From: Dehalococcoidia bacterium
GTDB taxonomy: Bacteria > Chloroflexota > Dehalococcoidia > Lucifugimonadales > Australimonadaceae
Reading direction: 5' to 3'
Length of the DNA: 64,000 nt
Assembly (NCBI GenBank): GCA_965243745.1
Contig: CBDEVR010000002.1
Location: 1,237,986 to 1,301,985 of the forward strand
Of this stretch, positions 62,205 to 64,000 are shown piece by piece. The translations under genes were made by a program, and so were the position numbers. The notes beneath the pieces were generated by a model that worked only from the letters and a program-made list of their open reading frames with translations, had not been told where the DNA came from and did no database searches. How positions within the stretch are numbered: the first letter of the stretch is position 1; the number at the start of each line of letters is the position of its first letter.

Positions 62205-63524
62205 ATGAAGACGCCAACGACATATCAGCGTGAGATAGCCACTGCGGTAGCGTCGGACCTGTTCCGGCAAGGAGGCTCGGTGTTCACGGTGGAGATGCCG
62301 CTCGGATCGGGTGTTGGGGAACTGGCCTCCCAGTTGGAGATGCTGGTGATGAGCGTGAACGTGAACGCAGGCGGGTCCCTGCTCCGCGTCGTTCCCGGTG
62401 GACAGCCAGACGTGAAGGACCGACTCGTGAGTCACCTGCGCGCTGGTTCGTTGCGAGGGCTCTGGTCGGACGAGCGCTCGTGCGTGCGCCTTGGCCGCGC
62501 ACAGGTGCGGTACGCGGCGCCGGAAGACCTCGCAGGTATCGATGGGGATTTCGAGTTGGTCCAGGCGGTCGATGTCCACCTGTTCAGCCCGGATGAAATG
62601 GAGCGCCTCAAGGAGGTCGCCGGCGCTTCGGACGCGACGCTCGTGCTCTACGGGCGTCCGTGGAATGGCGAAACTGCCTTCGAGCGGGTGAAGCTTGCCA
62701 ACAAGGAGGCTGCCGCTGCGGGAGCGCCGCGCAGGCACTTCCGCGCTCCCCTGGAGTCCGCCGAGGCGGAACTGCCCGGCTATGCGGAACGGGTCGAGGT
62801 CGAACGCGAACGGCTTGGTCCTGCGCATCCGGAGTTCGAGACGGCGTATGCGCTCCGCCCCGTCTCCCCGAACACCCCGGCCTTTCCCCGTGAGCGGCTG
62901 CGCGCCCTGTTCGGAGCCGGTGGCCCGCGGCGGCTCGGGGTCGCCGACAGGCTCACGGCGTCCGTCGTGGTGACGCGGCTTCCTGAAGAAGGCGTGCTTC
63001 ACGACGCGTGGGCTACGGCCGTCGTGGCCGTCGCTTCGCGTGCGGGAGACGGGCTGCGGGTGCTCGACCACAAATGGGTGGAAGCGCCGGACGTCGAGAC
63101 ACTCGTTGCAGGCATCAAGCGGTTCGTCGAGAAGACGTGGCCCTGCGAACGGGTCCTCGTGAGGGCGCGTGCTCCTTGGAGCGATGGTGCGGTGAAGAGG
63201 CTGCTGGAGAGCAGCCTGAGGCCGGGCTATATGCGGTGGCTCCCGGACACGGCGCGGCAGCGCGAGCGCGAATCGTCCGCCGCTGTCGCTGCGGCACTCA
63301 CCGGCAGGCTGGAGTTCTATGCGCCCGACGGCTCCCCGGAGTACAGGGCGCTGCGCCGCGAGATGGAGTGGGCTGTGCTGCGTCTCGGCCAGGGGCGCGG
63401 CTTCACCGTTGCGGTGGAGGGACGGGACGAAGGATTCCTGGAGGGTGTCTCGATGCTTGCCAATGAGGATGCGGAGCAGGCGGAGGAACAGCAGATGTCG
63501 TTCCCCGTCGCGATCGCGTCCTGA
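62205..63524 (+). CDS. hypothetical protein, possibly terminase-large-subunit-like with degenerate motifs
   Basis: Internal ATG 62205 after AGGAG. YQREIATAV N-terminus and overall ATPase-plus-nuclease-like layout, with GSGVGE in place of Walker A GKS/T and VDV in place of DE. Confidence 0.6.
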   Translation: MKTPTTYQREIATAVASDLFRQGGSVFTVEMPLGSGVGELASQLEMLVMSVNVNAGGSLLRVVPGGQPDVKDRLVSHLRAGSLRGLWSDERSCVRLGRAQVRYAAPEDLAGIDGDFELVQAVDVHLFSPDEMERLKEVAGASDATLVLYGRPWNGETAFERVKLANKEAAAAGAPRRHFRAPLESAEAELPGYAERVEVERERLGPAHPEFETAYALRPVSPNTPAFPRERLRALFGAGGPRRLGVADRLTASVVVTRLPEEGVLHDAWATAVVAVASRAGDGLRVLDHKWVEAPDVETLVAGIKRFVEKTWPCERVLVRARAPWSDGAVKRLLESSLRPGYMRWLPDTARQRERESSAAVAAALTGRLEFYAPDGSPEYRALRREMEWAVLRLGQGRGFTVAVEGRDEGFLEGVSMLANEDAEQAEEQQMSFPVAIAS

Positions 63525-63601
63525 TGCGTGTTGCCTGGACGGACGGAACCCGAGAACGCATGGATAGCCGTTATGAAGCGGAATGACCGGAAGGAGGAAC
63601 G

Positions 63602-63919
63602 ATGAGCATCTACACGAAGTCGAGACGCAGGCGCGATGAACCGGCCGTGGATGGGCTGCCGGAACAGATGCGCTACACCGACACCGGCTGCGAGGCGTCG
63701 ATGTCGTGCCTGGAGTGCCCCTTGCCTCGCTGCAGGTTCGACGACCCTGCGTGGTACCAGGCCTACAAGCTGCGGGAGCGGGACGAGGAGATCGCCTGGG
63801 CTTACCAGTACGAGAACCTGCACGTCTTCGAAGTGGCGAGCCGGTTCGGCATCAGCGTGCGTACGGTGCATCGCGCGCTTCGCCGGATACAGACTGCGCC
63901 GCTCCCAAGCGCAGCCTGA
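63602..63919 (+). CDS. Cys-cluster plus helix-turn-helix protein
   Basis: AAGGAGG SD. CEASMSCLECPLPRC followed by HTH FEVASRFGISVRTVHRALRR. Confidence 0.6.
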   Translation: MSIYTKSRRRRDEPAVDGLPEQMRYTDTGCEASMSCLECPLPRCRFDDPAWYQAYKLRERDEEIAWAYQYENLHVFEVASRFGISVRTVHRALRRIQTAPLPSAA

Positions 63920-63961
63920 CCCGCATCCACGATCAGCACCAACCGAGGCAACACCGATGAA

Positions 63962-63993
63962 AGAGAGGCCGGTACATCGTTACCGGCCTCTCT
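63962..63993 (+). terminator. perfect 13-bp hairpin
   Basis: agagaggccggta-catcgt-taccggcctctct starts 43 nt after the stop at 63919. Weak T-tract. Confidence 0.5.
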
Positions 63994-64000
63994 TCGTGAA

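Overview
GC-rich bacterial chromosomal segment with about 65 tightly packed genes, many with ATGA/GTGA start-stop overlaps. Most are housekeeping: recG, sucCD, ilvE, comEC, rph, ileS with a T-box leader, pyrD, ftsH, recO, ybeY, dnaX-ybaB-recR. The rest are redox and hydrolase paralogues: SDRs, DinB-family proteins, F420/LLM and PPOX enzymes, a Rieske oxygenase and a DUF1800/DUF1501 pair. A T-box, Gram-positive-type SOS boxes, apparently leaderless genes and F420 enzymes suggest a Chloroflexota-like or related monoderm-type lineage; this is inference only. I found no rRNA, tRNA, CRISPR array or intact mobile element. The standout region is a duplicated zinc-uptake locus at about 45.3-52.9 kb. 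It holds two Fur-family regulators behind a shared operator, and two near-identical ZnuA-type lipoproteins. One ZnuA carries an ~385-aa AztD-like beta-propeller nested in its His-rich loop; the other has a 114-residue loop of H/D/E with a few G/A. The locus also holds ZnuCB, an acidic Cys-bearing protein, and two tandem Cys-free mini-proteins that look like zinc-independent versions of a DUF5679 zinc ribbon. A second notable locus at about 62.1-63.9 kb has a consensus promoter embedded in three AGAAC-N4-GTTCT (LexA-type) boxes. It drives a terminase-like protein with degenerate catalytic motifs, followed by a Cys-cluster/HTH protein. Two families of REP-like hairpin repeats and several unexplained intergenic repeats are also present. 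All functional calls rest on motif recognition by eye; no searches were run.
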